NCBI GenBank assembly: GCA_051294375.1
Contig: CM119263.1
Span: 4,759,737 to 4,823,736 of the forward strand
DNA from: Paraspadella gotoi
Lineage: Eukaryota; Animalia; Chaetognatha
Reading direction: 5' to 3'
DNA length: 64,000 bases
Each line of letters starts with the position of its first letter. Position 1 is the stretch's first letter. Below the pieces are notes generated by a model. The model did no database searches and was not told the DNA's origin. It saw only the letters and a list, made by a program, of their open reading frames with translations. The position numbers were made by a program, and so were the translations under genes. Positions 10,492 through 23,569 of the stretch are shown here, piece by piece.

Positions 10492-13400
10492 GAGTTTCTA
10501 TCAAGTTGTGATCGTTGGCGTGCGGAGGCCGTCCTGCCTTTTATGGTGGACTGATTCCCAGAATGTGAAGAAACTCTCTGTCTCGTCTCTCTGCCACTCT
10601 AAATCTGCTCTTGCTTTCGTATCGTATCGTCTGTCCTCTCTCTCTCCTGCTATCTCTGCCTTGGAAAGACTTGGGAGAGAAGAGAAGACAAACAAAATTT
10701 CGCAAAATGAATATCATGAGAAGAATAGAGATTGGCAGCCAAGGACTGAGATAGACGACGACGACGAGTAACGACGAACGATAGACGACGACGAGACGAG
10801 ACGGCCACTCGCCTGTACCTTAATTCTTTATGGCCAGCAACAAAAGTGAAAGACAGTTAGAGCTTGAAGAAGACTGACGAAAATGCGCTCGGATTCTTGA
10901 GCATATACGGCGAAATAGCAAAAAACGACGACAGTACGAACAACAACAACAGACAAGCACCAAACACAAACGACGGGGGACGTTGAAGAGAACGACGGAC
11001 GGTAACGGATTGTTGTGCGGGACTCGTCACCCCGGCTGGCGATTTTTTCGTTCCATTCGCCGGCTGTGAAGTGTGCCAGCTTCCTCTTTATGCGCATTCG
11101 ACGCCATTTTCACTTTCGACAGTTCCGTCCTTGCTGGTTCCGCTTCCTCCTCCTAGCCTCCTTATCACGCGGCCCCCTCTTCTGCCTGCGCTCCCGCCTC
11201 GTCGACGCTCCCGCCGCTCACCTCCGCTCTCTCTGCCCGCTTCTCCCCCCGCCATCTCCTTTTTCCCTTCGCGCCCGGCATTCTCCTGCCTGCGCCAGAT
11301 CTGCCTCCCCCTTTGGCCGCGCCTTCGGTCCTCCTCTCGTCCTTCGCCGGCATTCTCCTCCTCCCGGCCTCTTCTCGGGCGTCGCCCTTTGCTCCCTTCT
11401 CCTTCCCTCCCCCGGTTGCTTCTTCCCCCCCCGCTTCTCCTCCTCTGCCCACTTCGCCCCTTCTCCTCTCCCCGCTGCTGCTCCCGCCTTTTGCCCCTTC
11501 TCCTCCTCTCGCGCCCTCTCTGTTCCCCCCTGATCTCTCCCCCTTCTTGCTCGCATTAGGTGCCCCCGAGCTTGCCGAATCCATTAGAGAAAACAAATTC
11601 TGTAATTGTGGGAATTGGGGTTGTTTCTTCCGAAATTGTCGTCGGTTGTTGTGGTCGTCGTTGTTGTGGGTCTGCGTTGTTGTGGTCTCGTTGTTTGTTT
11701 GTTGTGGTCGTCGGTTGTTCGGTTGTCGTCTCCGTTTCCTCTGGTTTTGCCCTCAGGTGATGGAATGCGCAGTGGTAGCTAACAACTGGGTTTACGGGTT
11801 TTTCTTAGACGAGCGTTTCATTCCCTCCGTGTCTTTCTCTTTTTCCGGAAATCGATCTTCCTCAGGCCGTCTCATTTCGTAGCCTCTCTCTCTCTCTTCT
11901 CTCCACGTCTTCAACAAGTGCCGTCTCGGTCAGGGTTGAGTGGCTGGAAGCGTAGAGAGAGTAGGAGAGACGAGTGAGACGAGAGTGAGCAACAGAGAGG
12001 AAGAGAGAGAAGAAGGCGCAAAAACGACGGTGCTGGGGGAGGTTGGGCGGTGGGTGAGAATGAAGTGGTCGATTCCGTGTCGCACATCCCTCCGCCGAGG
12101 AGCTGATTATCCCGACTGTGTCCACGATCTCTCGACCTCAGGTCGACGTCGAACATCTCCGACGAGAGTCTACAGAAACACTCAAGATCAGAAAGAGCAA
12201 CTCGGCCGTCAACGCACAGACAAAACACAACCAGTCAGACTCAAGCGAATCAGAGAGCGTCACAGATATCTCTCCATCACACACATTGGACATCTCAGTA
12301 CGACGATGCGTCGGATCGACGCGAGGCGTGCAGTCGTTCTGTCCCGGGCGTCTGCCCTCCAGCGTAGGCCGCGGCCGGGGGTGGCTCTGGTCGACGAGGT
12401 CGCCAGCAAAGGCACATTCCCCTCCATGAACCGTCTCTACTCCAGCGCTCGTCTCCTCTATCGGCTCTTCGCATCCAGAAGCACCCTCTAACTCACTCGC
12501 CTCTCAAAGATCGAAGCCCGGCTCCGTACTGAAGCGTCCCGCAACAGTCAGGCGCCTCTCGAATACTCCGCATGTTCTTCACCCTCGCTCTCCGCCCCGC
12601 CCTCCTCCTTCACTCCCATCGTGGTCCTCGTCCTCTTCGGTCCCGTGGCCTGACCATGCAGAGATCGAAAACATCGGCAGTCATCTACGATCCGTGACTG
12701 CTCTATCGGATCAGCAGAGCACGAGGCATCGTCGTCTTGGTCAGTGGGGAGTGGTGGTGGTCGAGTCAATTGCACGTGGTGAGAGACGAGTACGAGAAAG
12801 AGAGAAGAGAGAGGGCGAAACTCGGAACCTATCGAGAGAGTCAACGAGAGGAGGAGACGACATGACAGTGGATCTCACGCCTAGAACGGGCCGCACTCGA
12901 GGTGTCGCGACTCTAGTGGGGGAGAATGGAGTGCGCCTCTACCAGGTTGCGTCTCTCACTCATCTTTCTCCTGTATCGCTCACCATCGTTGAAACGTGGA
13001 TAAGAGATTGAGAGAGAGTGCAGAGATGGGAGTTTGGACTTTTTCGCTCACAGGAATTTGGGTACTTGCCTTAGTGGAATTTTTCTAATGTTTAAAGGTT
13101 CTTTTTATACTAATGATATTTATCATCCTATCATGTATCAGTCTCCAATCATCTATCCCACAGAAAGACCACAATGGGTTGACAAGCTAAATTGATCAAT
13201 CCATTTTCCCTGCGTTACGACGTTTATATCACACTCCCTTCTTTAACTCTCCTTCTCCTACATTAGAGACTATAATTTACAGTATAGTTCATGGTCTCAT
13301 TCGCTTCTTTGTGTCCTCTTATCTATTTTTTTTTAGCCTTCTGCGTCAAGCCTTAGAAAGTTCAATCTCAATATCCAAGTCATTTCTGCACCACTGTTCA

Positions 13401-16400
13401 TCCAATGTGGTTGGCAGTGACATGTTATTGTTTATCGCCTTTGGTTTTCTTCTTCCCATCATCCGTGATATGACATGACGTGACATGACATGACGTGACG
13501 CCACAACTTATGACACTCACAGCTATACTAATTACTGCAATGGGTGAAAGGATGTTGCGTAAAGTCAATTAAATCAGGAGTAGATTCTTTGACCTCGAAG
13601 CCAAAAGCCCGTGTCGGCACATGTCTGCCCGGACACTTTTGGTCCATTTCCGTCTTTCCTCTCTGCCTCTTCTCGTCTCGTTCCCTCTCTGCTCTCTCTC
13701 GTCACCACTCACGCTGCGTCGCAAGCCGCTGCCACGTGCCGCTTCCTGAGTGCTGCCACCGCGCTGCCACCGTTTGGTTGCTTCTGCGGTGGCGGCCTGA
13801 AGATGCTTCCCCCGGGTCTACCGTACCAGCTTGTGCTCCTGCGCGGCCATGCTGCCGTATTGTCACGCGCGAAGGGGAGGGTTAACATTGGCTGCTGAAA
13901 CGATTCATTGCACGGACAAGTTATTAGGGATTGAATCGGGATTCGGCATTTTGGCGACGGCAAACTTGATGTCATGCGACTTTTAATCATAGAACTTTTT
14001 TTTTAAACTTTATTAATTTTTTAATTGGTCTGAATCTTTTAGTTTCGTTGAGTTTTATTGTATTAATAGGTGTATTCGTGATAGCTTTTAATTATATTTT
14101 AATCAATGTATTCGTCGTCATCATCTTCGTCGGTAATTTTTTCATCTACATTCGGTCACGGTCCGTCGTCGTCAATCGTCGTCGTCGCGACGTCGTCGTC
14201 GTCGCAACCGTTTTCATATCCGTACTGGAGTGGAACAGGGGCAAAAATTAAACGGAGGACTGAACCAACTCTCATTTGGACATCTCTCATGAGGTGGAGG
14301 AAAAAATTATCCGGAAACGCAAACAACCAATCGAATTCCCCTAAAGTTGATCGGACTTACAAATTCGGGTTTTTATATAACTCATTTCATAAACCGTTTT
14401 TTCGAGTGAAGATGGAAGAGAAACAGACACGACTCTAAACACATTGGGCCGAGAGGTAAAAAGAACTTCAAAAAGACGAACGACAGAGAGGAGAGTAGGA
14501 CAGAGAGACAGAGAAAGAGACAAGAGAGTGCCCGCCAGCACATTTCACGGAAAACCAGAACCCATTCCCAGCCAAAGTTTACCGAATTTTGTTTCTAATG
14601 GAATTCTCGGCAGCTCCGGCGGGCAACCTAAGTGCGAGCAGGAAGGGGGAGAAGATGAGGGGGAAAGAGAGGGGAGAGGAGGAGAAGGGGGCAAAGGGGG
14701 GCGAGGGGGAAGAGGAGAAGGGCGAGCGGACGGAGGAAGCGAGGAAGAGGGAGGAGAAGGGGAGAAGGGAAGGAGCAAAGGGTGGAAGAGGGGGAGGAGG
14801 AGAAAAAAATGGGCCCGAAGGAGAGAGGAGGAGAGAAGGGGCGCAATAAGGGCGGGCGCAGATGTTGGAAGGGAGGAGGAAGAAGGGGGCGAAAGAGGAG
14901 AAAAGAGGAAGGAGAGAGAGGGGTGAGGGAGGGAAGGGAGGCAGAGAGAGGCGGAGGTGAGAAGAAGGGCGAGGGAAGGTGAGAGAGAGGGGAAAGGAAA
15001 AGGAGGAGAGGGGTGGCGGTGAAGTTGAAGGGAGGAGATACCAAGGGAAGGGAGAGAGAGAGGAGAGAAACGGAGAGAAGAACCAGGAAAGGGCAGGGGA
15101 AAACAGAGGATAGAGAGACAAGAGCACGAGAGAGGAGAGAGAGAAAGGAGAAGTGAAGGGAATGGAGGGATCGAGAGAGAGGAGGAGAAGAGAGAGAGAA
15201 GAGCAAGTGAGGAAATATGAAGAGAAGGCATAATTCCAGGAACGCTACCTCATGAAAAATAGAATATATCAGTAGATGGGAATTCTTTATATATCTTGGA
15301 ACTCGGCGCAACGGTGGGAGATCGTTTTAAGTGCTGGGGGTCGCCGAGGGAGAGAATTCCGTGCGTCCAGAGGCGCCCCGGGCGGGAAATCGGGAAAACA
15401 AAGCCTTGAAATATGCGAAGTATGAATGGACTCATGAGGGCGGTGGAATGGCGTACACGGACGGAGGTCGCGGATAATAGCACCAGAGAACGGCTGCGGG
15501 TAACGAGGATGGGTGGGTCGTCTGTCGAGCAGAGAGATCCGAAGGGAAAGAGACCGATATGGGTTGGGGTTGTTGTTGTTGTTTAGTGTTGTTGGGGAAG
15601 AGGGGTAAGAGTGGGGGTGGTAGATAAGGGTCGGGTTCGATGTTGTGTGAAGAGCGGGGAGTTTGTGGTATTATGACATTCAGGAGAGGCCGGAAGGGCA
15701 TTTTTCGTCAGTCTTGTGATCAAGCTTAACTGTCTTTCACTGGTTGGAAGATGGGGTTGTGCTGGATAAGAGAAGTATAAGGAGGAAAGGGGTTGGCGTC
15801 GTCGTCTTCCGTCGTCGTTGGATCGTCGTCAGTTAGATCGTCGTCGGTACGTCTAGTCTCAGTCTTGGCTGGCCAATAGGTCGTGAAGAAGGTAATGAGA
15901 TGCTGAATTTGCTCTAAATGATATTCATGGATTTTGATGTTCTTGTCTTAATTAAATACCGTAGACGAGACTTATTCAAAAATACACGGCTTGAAAAAAC
16001 TTCATTTCTTATAAAATTGACGCTCTATGAGTGTTTCCAGTAGGGGATAGAGCTATAGAGAATGATTTAATAATATAGGCACGGAAGAGATTTAGATTGT
16101 AGTATTCAAAAAGTTTATTCGAACTGAAATCACCTGAAGTGAGGGCAGAGAGAGAGTTTTCTTCACAATCTTGTTGATAGTAGTTCCCATAAAGAGGAGG
16201 CCTCCGTTTTATTTTTTTTTTTGCTGACTTTTGTTTTCATCAGACAAACCTTGGAATGAAACTCTTCTCTCTCCGCTCAATCCTCTCAATTTCTCCTCAT
16301 CATCTTTTCTTGCCACTCTTTTGTTCCATTCACTTCATACTTCTATCTCTCTACTAAGCAAAATATCATCTCATCAATTCTCTTTACTTCGTGATCTTAT

Positions 16401-17770
16401 GTGGGTTACTCGTCCAAACCCCCCAAACAGTCATTTTTTCGAGCTCTAACGCTTGTATTTTCATTAAGTCCGCAGCCTAATGTGTTTTTTTATTTTCGGA
16501 ATCAAAAGTTTTTTTACTTTTAAAATTTTTTTTTTTTCATATTGATTATGATGAATTTTTAATAAAATATATATAAATTAAGCTTATGGGAATCTTCTGT
16601 TAATAATGGTTGTTGTAGTTTTCATTGAATTTCAACCAAAATAATCAAACGAAAAATATTTAAAATTATTTCATATCCGATATCCCATTTTCTTTAAAAA
16701 GTAGTATGCAATTTTTCCTATTTCCTGATAGAATTTTACAAATTTCTCGAACAACCTCGTTGTTAAAGGCCTGAATTTTGATTAAATATATTGGTTAGAA
16801 TTATATGTAAAGAATTATCCAGCGTTCAGATACTTCCATTCTTACTCAAGATTCAACCGCGATTAACAATTCCGAATTTTTTAATTCCATTTTCAAATCC
16901 AGAGGCGAGCGCGAAAATAAGTCAGAGGTAAGGATGGACGAGATGAGTCAAATGAGATAAAGGGCTGCGAAAGTAAGGCAACCTTGAATGGCGAAAGGGT
17001 GAGGAAAGACGCTCTCTCTCTCAAGAGGTGTTTGACATTTGAGAGCGTTGATTGCGAATTTTCAAGTTTCCGTTCCAAATTCTCATAAACATCAATTTGC
17101 TTCGTCAGGAGGATGGAAAAGTCGTCATGGTCAGAAAAATGGCAAAGGATTGAAGAGATGGCGGCAACTTCGGTCTCCTCGGGTCAGATTGTATGCATTC
17201 GAAACTCTTCTTGTCCAGTTCTCGTCTCTTCGTCGTAATACTAGGTTGGTCCAGTCATAGTCCTGCTCTTCATCGATTCGCAGCGATGTCTGAGCGAAGT
17301 CAGCAGCGCTTCTCTGCCATTGTTCTGATCATCACTGACTCTCTACGTAAATTTCTTCTCTCTCAATATCGTGCTCTAGTAGCTTAAGGTAATCATTGTA
17401 AAGCTCACGCAAATCGTCAAGAAACCTCCTCTTCCTCAGAGAATCTGAATTCTTCAGTTATTGAGAACAATAAAGAGACAGGAGAAAATGTATGAAATGA
17501 AAAGCGTAGATCATTCGCTCCTTTCTACCGAGAGAGAAAATGAAAATGGCTGTATAATCAATATACATCTATGCATGACTTAGACCTCGAGGACGGCGTT
17601 ATCTTGCACTCGCCAGATACCCTTAGTGTTCCTATCTTTCTCTCACATTCTGTCGCCAGTCAGCAAAAATAATCTGGCATCAATGAGCAAAGTCGGTTCT
17701 ACAATCAAAATCATTCTTCGCTTTTGATTTTCAAATTTTGACAATTTTAGTTTTTTAGCCTTTCTCTTCT
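9240..17770. repeat. Copy A (noisy) of a large direct duplication; copy B = 18350-20243 plus 30581-34650
   Basis: Collinear anchors: GAATCCGACC 9249/18358; CCATTAGA..AACAAATTC 11581/31128; GTTTGGACTTTTTCGCTCAC 13032/31831; GGTGGGAGATCGTTTTAA 15313/33168; AAAGGCCTGAATTTTGATTAAATATATTGG 16765/33962; CAAATTTTGACAATTTTAG 17732/34611. Confidence 0.9.
14560..15200 (-). repeat. Inverted copy of the pyrimidine-rich segment at ~11150-11610 / ~30700-31150
   Basis: GAATTTTGTTTCTAATGGAATTCTCGGCAG...GGGCAACCTAAGTGCG (14584-14636) is the noisy reverse complement of CGCATTCGGTGCCCCGACTGCCGAAATCCATTAGAAACAAATTC (31101-31144). The purine tract that follows mirrors the CT tract. Confidence 0.75.
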
Positions 17771-17799
17771 TCTTTATGTTCTCCTTCTCATTCTGTTTT

Positions 17800-18810
17800 T
17801 CTCATCATTCATGTTTTTTTTTCATTTAATCGGCTTTTTTAAGCGAGATTTGAATGGGGAATTTTTTAAGATGGGGCGGCGGGTCGTCGGCGGCAGGCAT
17901 CAGCGGCGTGGACTAAGGGGGCTAGTGGCGTAGTGGAGGGCAGGAGTTAGGGTGATGGTGGCGCACCGAGCGACGAAAGAAAGAATGTAGGATATCAACA
18001 CAAACGGGACCCTTTCTGCGATGGGAGATGAAAAATTAAATTCGGTTTAACCAAAAAATATAGGAAAGAAGAAAAAAATTATGTAAGATATAAATTGCGG
18101 TTTATATTTGATCTCTCAGTCCGGGATGTGCAGTCTATCTGGTTGATGATCTCTATTTTGTGTTGTTGATTGAATAGACGTTAATGAAAGACTCTAAAAA
18201 GGTCCAGGAGTTAGAATTGTTGTTTAGCAGAGCTCTAACATTTTTTTTGGGGGGTCGGATTCGGTGGCTCTCGCTGGGACTTCTTCAGAAATTAAAAAAT
18301 AAAAAAAAAAATAGAGGAGANNNNNNNNNNNNNNNNNNNNNNNNNAGGAGAGCCACCGAATCCGACCCCCCCAAAAAAAATTGTAGAGCTCTGTAACAAA
18401 TTCTAACTCCTGGACCTTTTAGTAGTCTTTCATTAAGTTATTCAATACAACAACACAAAAATAGAGATTCATCAACAGATAGACTGACATCCGGACGAGA
18501 GATCAAATATAAACCGCAATTTTATCATTAAATTTTTTTTTCTTCTTCTATTTTTTGGTTAAACCGATTTTAACTTTTCATCTCCCATCGAGAAAAGGGT
18601 CCGTTTGTGTGAATACTAATTCTTTCTTTCGTCGCTCGGTGCGCCACCATCACCCTAACTCCTTCCCGCTGCCACGTACGCCACTAGCGCCGCCTTAGTC
18701 GCCGCCGCTGCTGCTGCCGCCGACGACGCCGCCCCATCTTTAAAAAATTCCCCGATCAAATCTCGTAAAAAAGATTAAATGAAAAAAAAACATTGAGATG
18801 AGAGAAAAAA
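17800..18810. repeat. Fold-back inverted repeat, arms ~17800-18275 and ~18346-18810, centred on a 25-N gap
   Basis: TTTTTTTGGGGGGTCGGATTCGGTGGCTCTC (~18242-18272) is the reverse complement of GAGAGCCACCGAATCCGACCCCCCAAAAAAA (~18348-18378). The match extends about 450 bp. Confidence 0.9.
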
Positions 18811-19680
18811 GAAAGAGAGAAAGAGAAAGAGAGAGAGAGGGAGAGAGAGAGAGGGAGAGAGAGAGAGAGAGTGAGAGAAAGAAAACATGGGCGGGAGCAA
18901 AAGGCGGAAGAGGGAGTGAAAAGCATCATCGGAAAAGGAGCGAAGATCACGCCTTCTTTCAAATTCCTTCTTTTTTTTCAAAAGAAGAAATTTAGGAAAG
19001 AGGTNNNNNNNNNNNNNNNNNNNNNNNNNNNNNNNNNNNNNNNNNNNNNNNNNNNNNNNNNNNNNNNNNNNNNNNNNNNNNNNNNNNNNNNNNNNNNNNN
19101 NNNNNNNNNNNNNNNNNNNNNNNNNNNNNNNNNNNNNNNNNNNNNNNNNNNNNNNNNNNNNNNNNNNNNNNNNNNNNNNNNNNNNNNNNNNNNNNNNNNN
19201 NNNNNNNNNNNNNNNNNNNNNNNNNNNNNNNNNNNNNNNNNNNNNNNNNNNNNNNNNNNNNNNNNNNNNNNNNNNNNNNNNNNNNNNNNNNNNNNNNNNN
19301 NNNNNNNNNNNNNNNNNNNNNTTGTAAATATTTTATATTGTGGAATCAATGAAAACTACAACATTTAAGAATTCAATAATTTAATAATTTAAAACACATA
19401 ACAATATGAAAAAAAAATTTAAAGTAATTTTGATCAATAAAAAAACATAGGCGGAAAGGAAAAAGTTGAAATGATTTGGGGGTGAGACAAAAAGAAAAAG
19501 AGAATGAGAGAGANNNNNNNNNNNNNNNNNNNNNNNNNNNNNNNNNNNNNNNNNNNNNNNNNNNNNNNNNNNNNNNNNNNNNNNNNNNNNNNNNNNNNNN
19601 NNNNNNNNNNNNNNNNNNNNNNNNNNNNNNNNNNNNNNNNNNNNNNNNNNNNNNNNNNNNNNNNNNNNNNNNNNNNNNNN

Positions 19681-19715
<35 letters not shown>

Positions 19716-20087
19716 ATCAAGTTGTGATCGTGCGTCGGAGGCCTCCTCCTTTTATGGTGGACATGATTCCAGATTGTGAAGAAACTCTCTCTCTCTCACT
19801 CTATCTCTCTTTCTATCTATCTCTCTCTCTCTCTCTATCTCTGGAAACTTGGGAGAGAAGAGAAAGACAAACAAAATTCCATGAATATCATGAGAAGAAT
19901 AGAATTGGCAGCCAAGACTGAGATAGACGACGACGACGATAACGACGACGATAACGACGACGAAGACGACGACGCCAACTCCCTTCCCTTAATTCTTTAT
20001 CAGACAACAAACAGTGAAAGACAGTTAAGCTTGAAAAGACTGACGAAAAATGCCTCGGATTCTGAGCATAATACCAAAACAAAAACG

Positions 20088-20130
<43 letters not shown>

Positions 20131-20243
20131 CGACGACGTTGAAGACGACGACGACGTAACCGACTTGTTGCGGACCGTCACCGCTGGCATTTTTTCGTTG
20201 CCATTCGCCGCTTGACAGTTGCCACTTCTCTTTATGCCATTCG
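18350..20243. repeat. Copy B, part 1 (clean), matching 9240-11100
   Basis: Collinear with copy A up to ...TTTATGCCATTCG, then switches abruptly to unrelated sequence. Confidence 0.9.
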
Positions 20244-20639
20244 GATGGGGCTAGTATATTTTAGATTCGTTTATTTCGTATGGATGCAGACAATGAACCA
20301 CTGAAAGTAACACACAAATTTAAACGCACTGAAGTTATAGAAATTTGAATGCAAGAGCACATATAGAAACTAGGCTTGAAACAAAGTGGTTTGAAAGACC
20401 GTGAAATCTGAGAGTGAGCACAAGTTTGAATGACAAATGTGATTAATCTTGTGAAACAAGCAGGGGGGAGGAAATTCCAAGAAAGAAATTATGTGATCGT
20501 TTCTGCACCCAAACATGCACCCCATCTCTTTCCTGTGAAGCCTCGCATGCAACGAAAGTTAACACCCCAGACAAGATGATTTGACGCCAAAAGAGAACGG
20601 ACATCGAAAATTCCGGGGCCGCATGAACGCAACGGGGGG

Positions 20640-21460
20640 AGCGAGCAATAAGCAGGGCATCATCAGGAGACGCAAAGCCCGGCTTGCCAGCGAAAAAAAT
20701 TCGTCGAGAGACAAACGCAGATCGAGACTCGCCCAGTGATCGTGGCGCTTACGGGATGCCGGAGACACGGGCGGGGAGTTCTGGAGCGCCTCCATCAATA
20801 TTCTTTTTCGCGAGGCAACTGAGTTGGCTGGGGTTCAAAGGAGAATGCCAAGGAGCCCCGTCAGCGTAAACTTCAATGGGGTCGTCAAGCGGGAGCCGAA
20901 ACTCACTGGGGGATAAAAACGTCGTTGAATCTGCAGAGGTTAGACAACTTAGCAAGTTATCGGCCTAATACTTAACGAGCCACAGGGCGAAGAGAGCAGA
21001 CCGTGCGGACCGACCTCTCTAATTGTATTAAGTGTCCGTGTACGTACAGGGGGGAGGTGTTAAGAGAGGTCTGGCACGCGTGAAATAATGGCGTCGTAAC
21101 GTAAACATAGGAGTCCTACGTCGTTCTTTAGAAATCGAAGGAAGACTTTTTCAATGGAGATTTTTCGTTAAAATCTGAACTACCGCAAAATAATGTCAAT
21201 TTTCGCTTCTCTGGGAAAATATTCAAGTGTAAATTAAGATGTAAAACACTCTTGATTTCCGATCTCTTGTTTGCATCTGTATTAGGGCTCCTGCTATAAC
21301 TTTTTTTCTCTTCCTTATTCTTTTGGTTTATTGACAAATAAACCATCATTTTTGAACAACACCGGGAATTTTCATACCCATACAGATTCAAACTGTGACT
21401 TGTTCGTCCGATTCTCCACGCGCATGAAACGGAATGATTTTCAGAAACGACAATTAGGTT
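20640..21460 (+). pseudogene. Frameshifted N-terminal and actuator-domain fragment of a P4-type ATPase (phospholipid flippase, ATP10/class V-like)
   Basis: Motifs in the expected order across frameshifts: LP.K...RR..N (~20684-20716), GAYG..E...AP..IFF (20744-20810), PAD-L-IVLS (21001-21033), G.CY (21050-21062), DFFNGDFSLKSELPQNNV.RFSGKI after a TTTAG acceptor (21132-21225), and LNNTG...KR (21352-21432; cf. ETKAMLNNSGPRYKRS). The frameshifts may be read errors rather than pseudogenisation. Confidence 0.6.
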
Positions 21461-21967
21461 GTAATAGTATAATCCAAATACACATGGGATCTTTTCTACT
21501 TCAATATAATGTCAACGCATTTTAAGCATATGTATAGTGATTTTACAATAAACTTATTCAATTCAGCTGAATCCGAATAGCCACTATGGGAGAGGGGCTG
21601 GCGTGGAAGGGGCGCGCGGCGTCGATCAGGGCGTGGCTTCAAAATTTCTCGCTTCTTCTTCACATTCTCTTTATTTGGTTATTTAGATACTCACTGAACT
21701 ACGATCATCGGGAAATGAATTAGTCCATTTCGGCGGTAGAAAATTATCTTATTTTAAACGTAAAGTAAAGAGCCGACGCTGACACTGATCGGAATTCTAA
21801 GAGTTTTTGCAACCGGGAGTTCAGATTCGGCTGGGCGGAAAATCTTTTATGAGCGCGGAAAACTTACCAAAGAAGGGGTCAATTTTTCCGAAGATTTGGT
21901 TAATATTTTCTATATTTATGGTAGGATTTTTTTGATAAACTTATATTTAACACCAATACACTTTTAG

Positions 21968-22750
21968 CCCATCATTCTAGGCCAGCGTGTGGCCCAGCCT
22001 ATATTAGTCCGGAGAAATATATTAAAACAAAAGCGCGTCTGGCTTGTATCAGTCAGCCAAGCTTAGTGGCCTGCTATAAACAAATGATCTTTGCTTAGCG
22101 TTTCGGGGTCAAGGATTGCAGTATTAAAGGTTGATACTGAGTTTAGAGGCGCGCGAGCGACTTCAAACGCATGCGGCAGAAGAATTAACAATACTTTTCA
22201 ACACTCCCCGGAGAAATGCCTACTAAGTAATAGTTAATTTGACATGAAAGCTATGAGAAATATGTTTGTTATGTTTAGTTAACTGTTACTGAAGTTTTTA
22301 ACTCTAACACTACCATCCACCGTTAATCAACCATGGGCGTTCTGGAGTCAGGGAAAATTCCTAGTGCTGAGGCTAATGAACAATACTAAATAGTTATAAA
22401 TACATTTATTATAAGCAAATACGGGACAATAACGAGATGCGGTGGTTACTGGTATTAGTCTTTAGTACGAGTTTCGTGAAAGGTTAATCCGAAGATCGAG
22501 TGCACTCGTAATGAGCACGCCAGCTTTTCATTCGAGGCGCTGATCTCGTCATCAGTCCCTTGTGAGCACAAAACGGCGGCCGATATCGACGCCGGAAAAT
22601 ACCGAACGGGCCTCCGCGCGGCGGCTTTCGTCGATGACTCCTATTCGGGCTAGGGTCGGCGGCCTCTCTTCCTGCCTTTTGCTTAACTTAAATACAGTTT
22701 CGATTGTCCGCCCCGGCGAACCCCATTCGTCGGCGGCGGCAAATCCTAAG
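21968..22750 (+). pseudogene. Frameshifted ABCG-type nucleotide-binding domain (first)
   Basis: After a TTTTAG acceptor: IILG-(P)S(G)CG (21971-21993, Walker A-like), AF..QD...ARE.LQ..AAE (cf. LTVRETL.FAAEL, 22099-22190) and FVD(E)(P)(T)SGL (22627-22652, Walker B/D-loop-like). Several indels have to be assumed. Confidence 0.45.
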
Positions 22751-23569
22751 TAGTATGGTAATAATTCTCGTAAACATAATTATTTAGTAAAAAGACTGAG
22801 GAGCTATTAGTTTAATTAAATGTTAATCAATTAGAACGATAAGGAGCTAGCTGTATGAACAGCGATTTTATGAAGGCAATATATAATAAGATATATGGTT
22901 AGTATTAACTGTATGTTAAGTTTGAGAAAGTCATTAGTATATGGTAAGAATGTATAGGATAAAGTATGTAGTGGAAGTGACAGTTAAGGACACGTATTGT
23001 CACGATCGGAGATATGTAGACGGGAGATTCCTAAAGAGAACAGGTAATAAGGATTTAGAGCTAGATCAAAGTCACACAGAAGTAATAGCAGTATGATAAG
23101 GAGGATTGTCTGCCTAAGCATGTTTCTAAAAAACTTATTAGAATATCAAAAAGTAATCGTCGAGAAAATTGATCGCGAACATGTTTACAAAGAGGCAAAC
23201 AGCGAGTGAAAGAAAGGCGAGTCGTGCGAGAATGACAGAATGTCGAGCTCATAGATGTACAACAGAATAAAAAACAAAATAATTAAGAAAAAAGAAGCTA
23301 AAAAAGAAAAAAAATCAAAACGCGTGATACTTTTCCACAAACTGACTTTCGCGACCAATTTGCGGCCGAGAACCCATTCAACTGTAGACCTTGCGTGTGC
23401 ATTATCGATCGTTTCTTCCGTCGAGTCGTCTTCGTCGACGCCGGATTATCGGGTTCCACCTCAACGTAATTCTTGGCGCTCTGCGTGAAAGAAAATCTTT
23501 TAGTCCTGACCGTACGCGCGTGTTTGACTCTATATTTTCCGGTCGACCTTTGTTCGATATTCTCTAGAA

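Noticed and set aside
14115-14160. Plus-strand IFVGN peptide resembling an RRM RNP2
   Set aside because: Wrong strand for the TIA-1 gene, derived from a (TCG/TCA) tract, and not preserved in the cleaner copy at ~32620.
21740-21900. IGI...TG...GKSF read as an ABCC/P-loop motif
   Set aside because: It needs many indels and nothing downstream supports it; it may just be upstream ABCG sequence.
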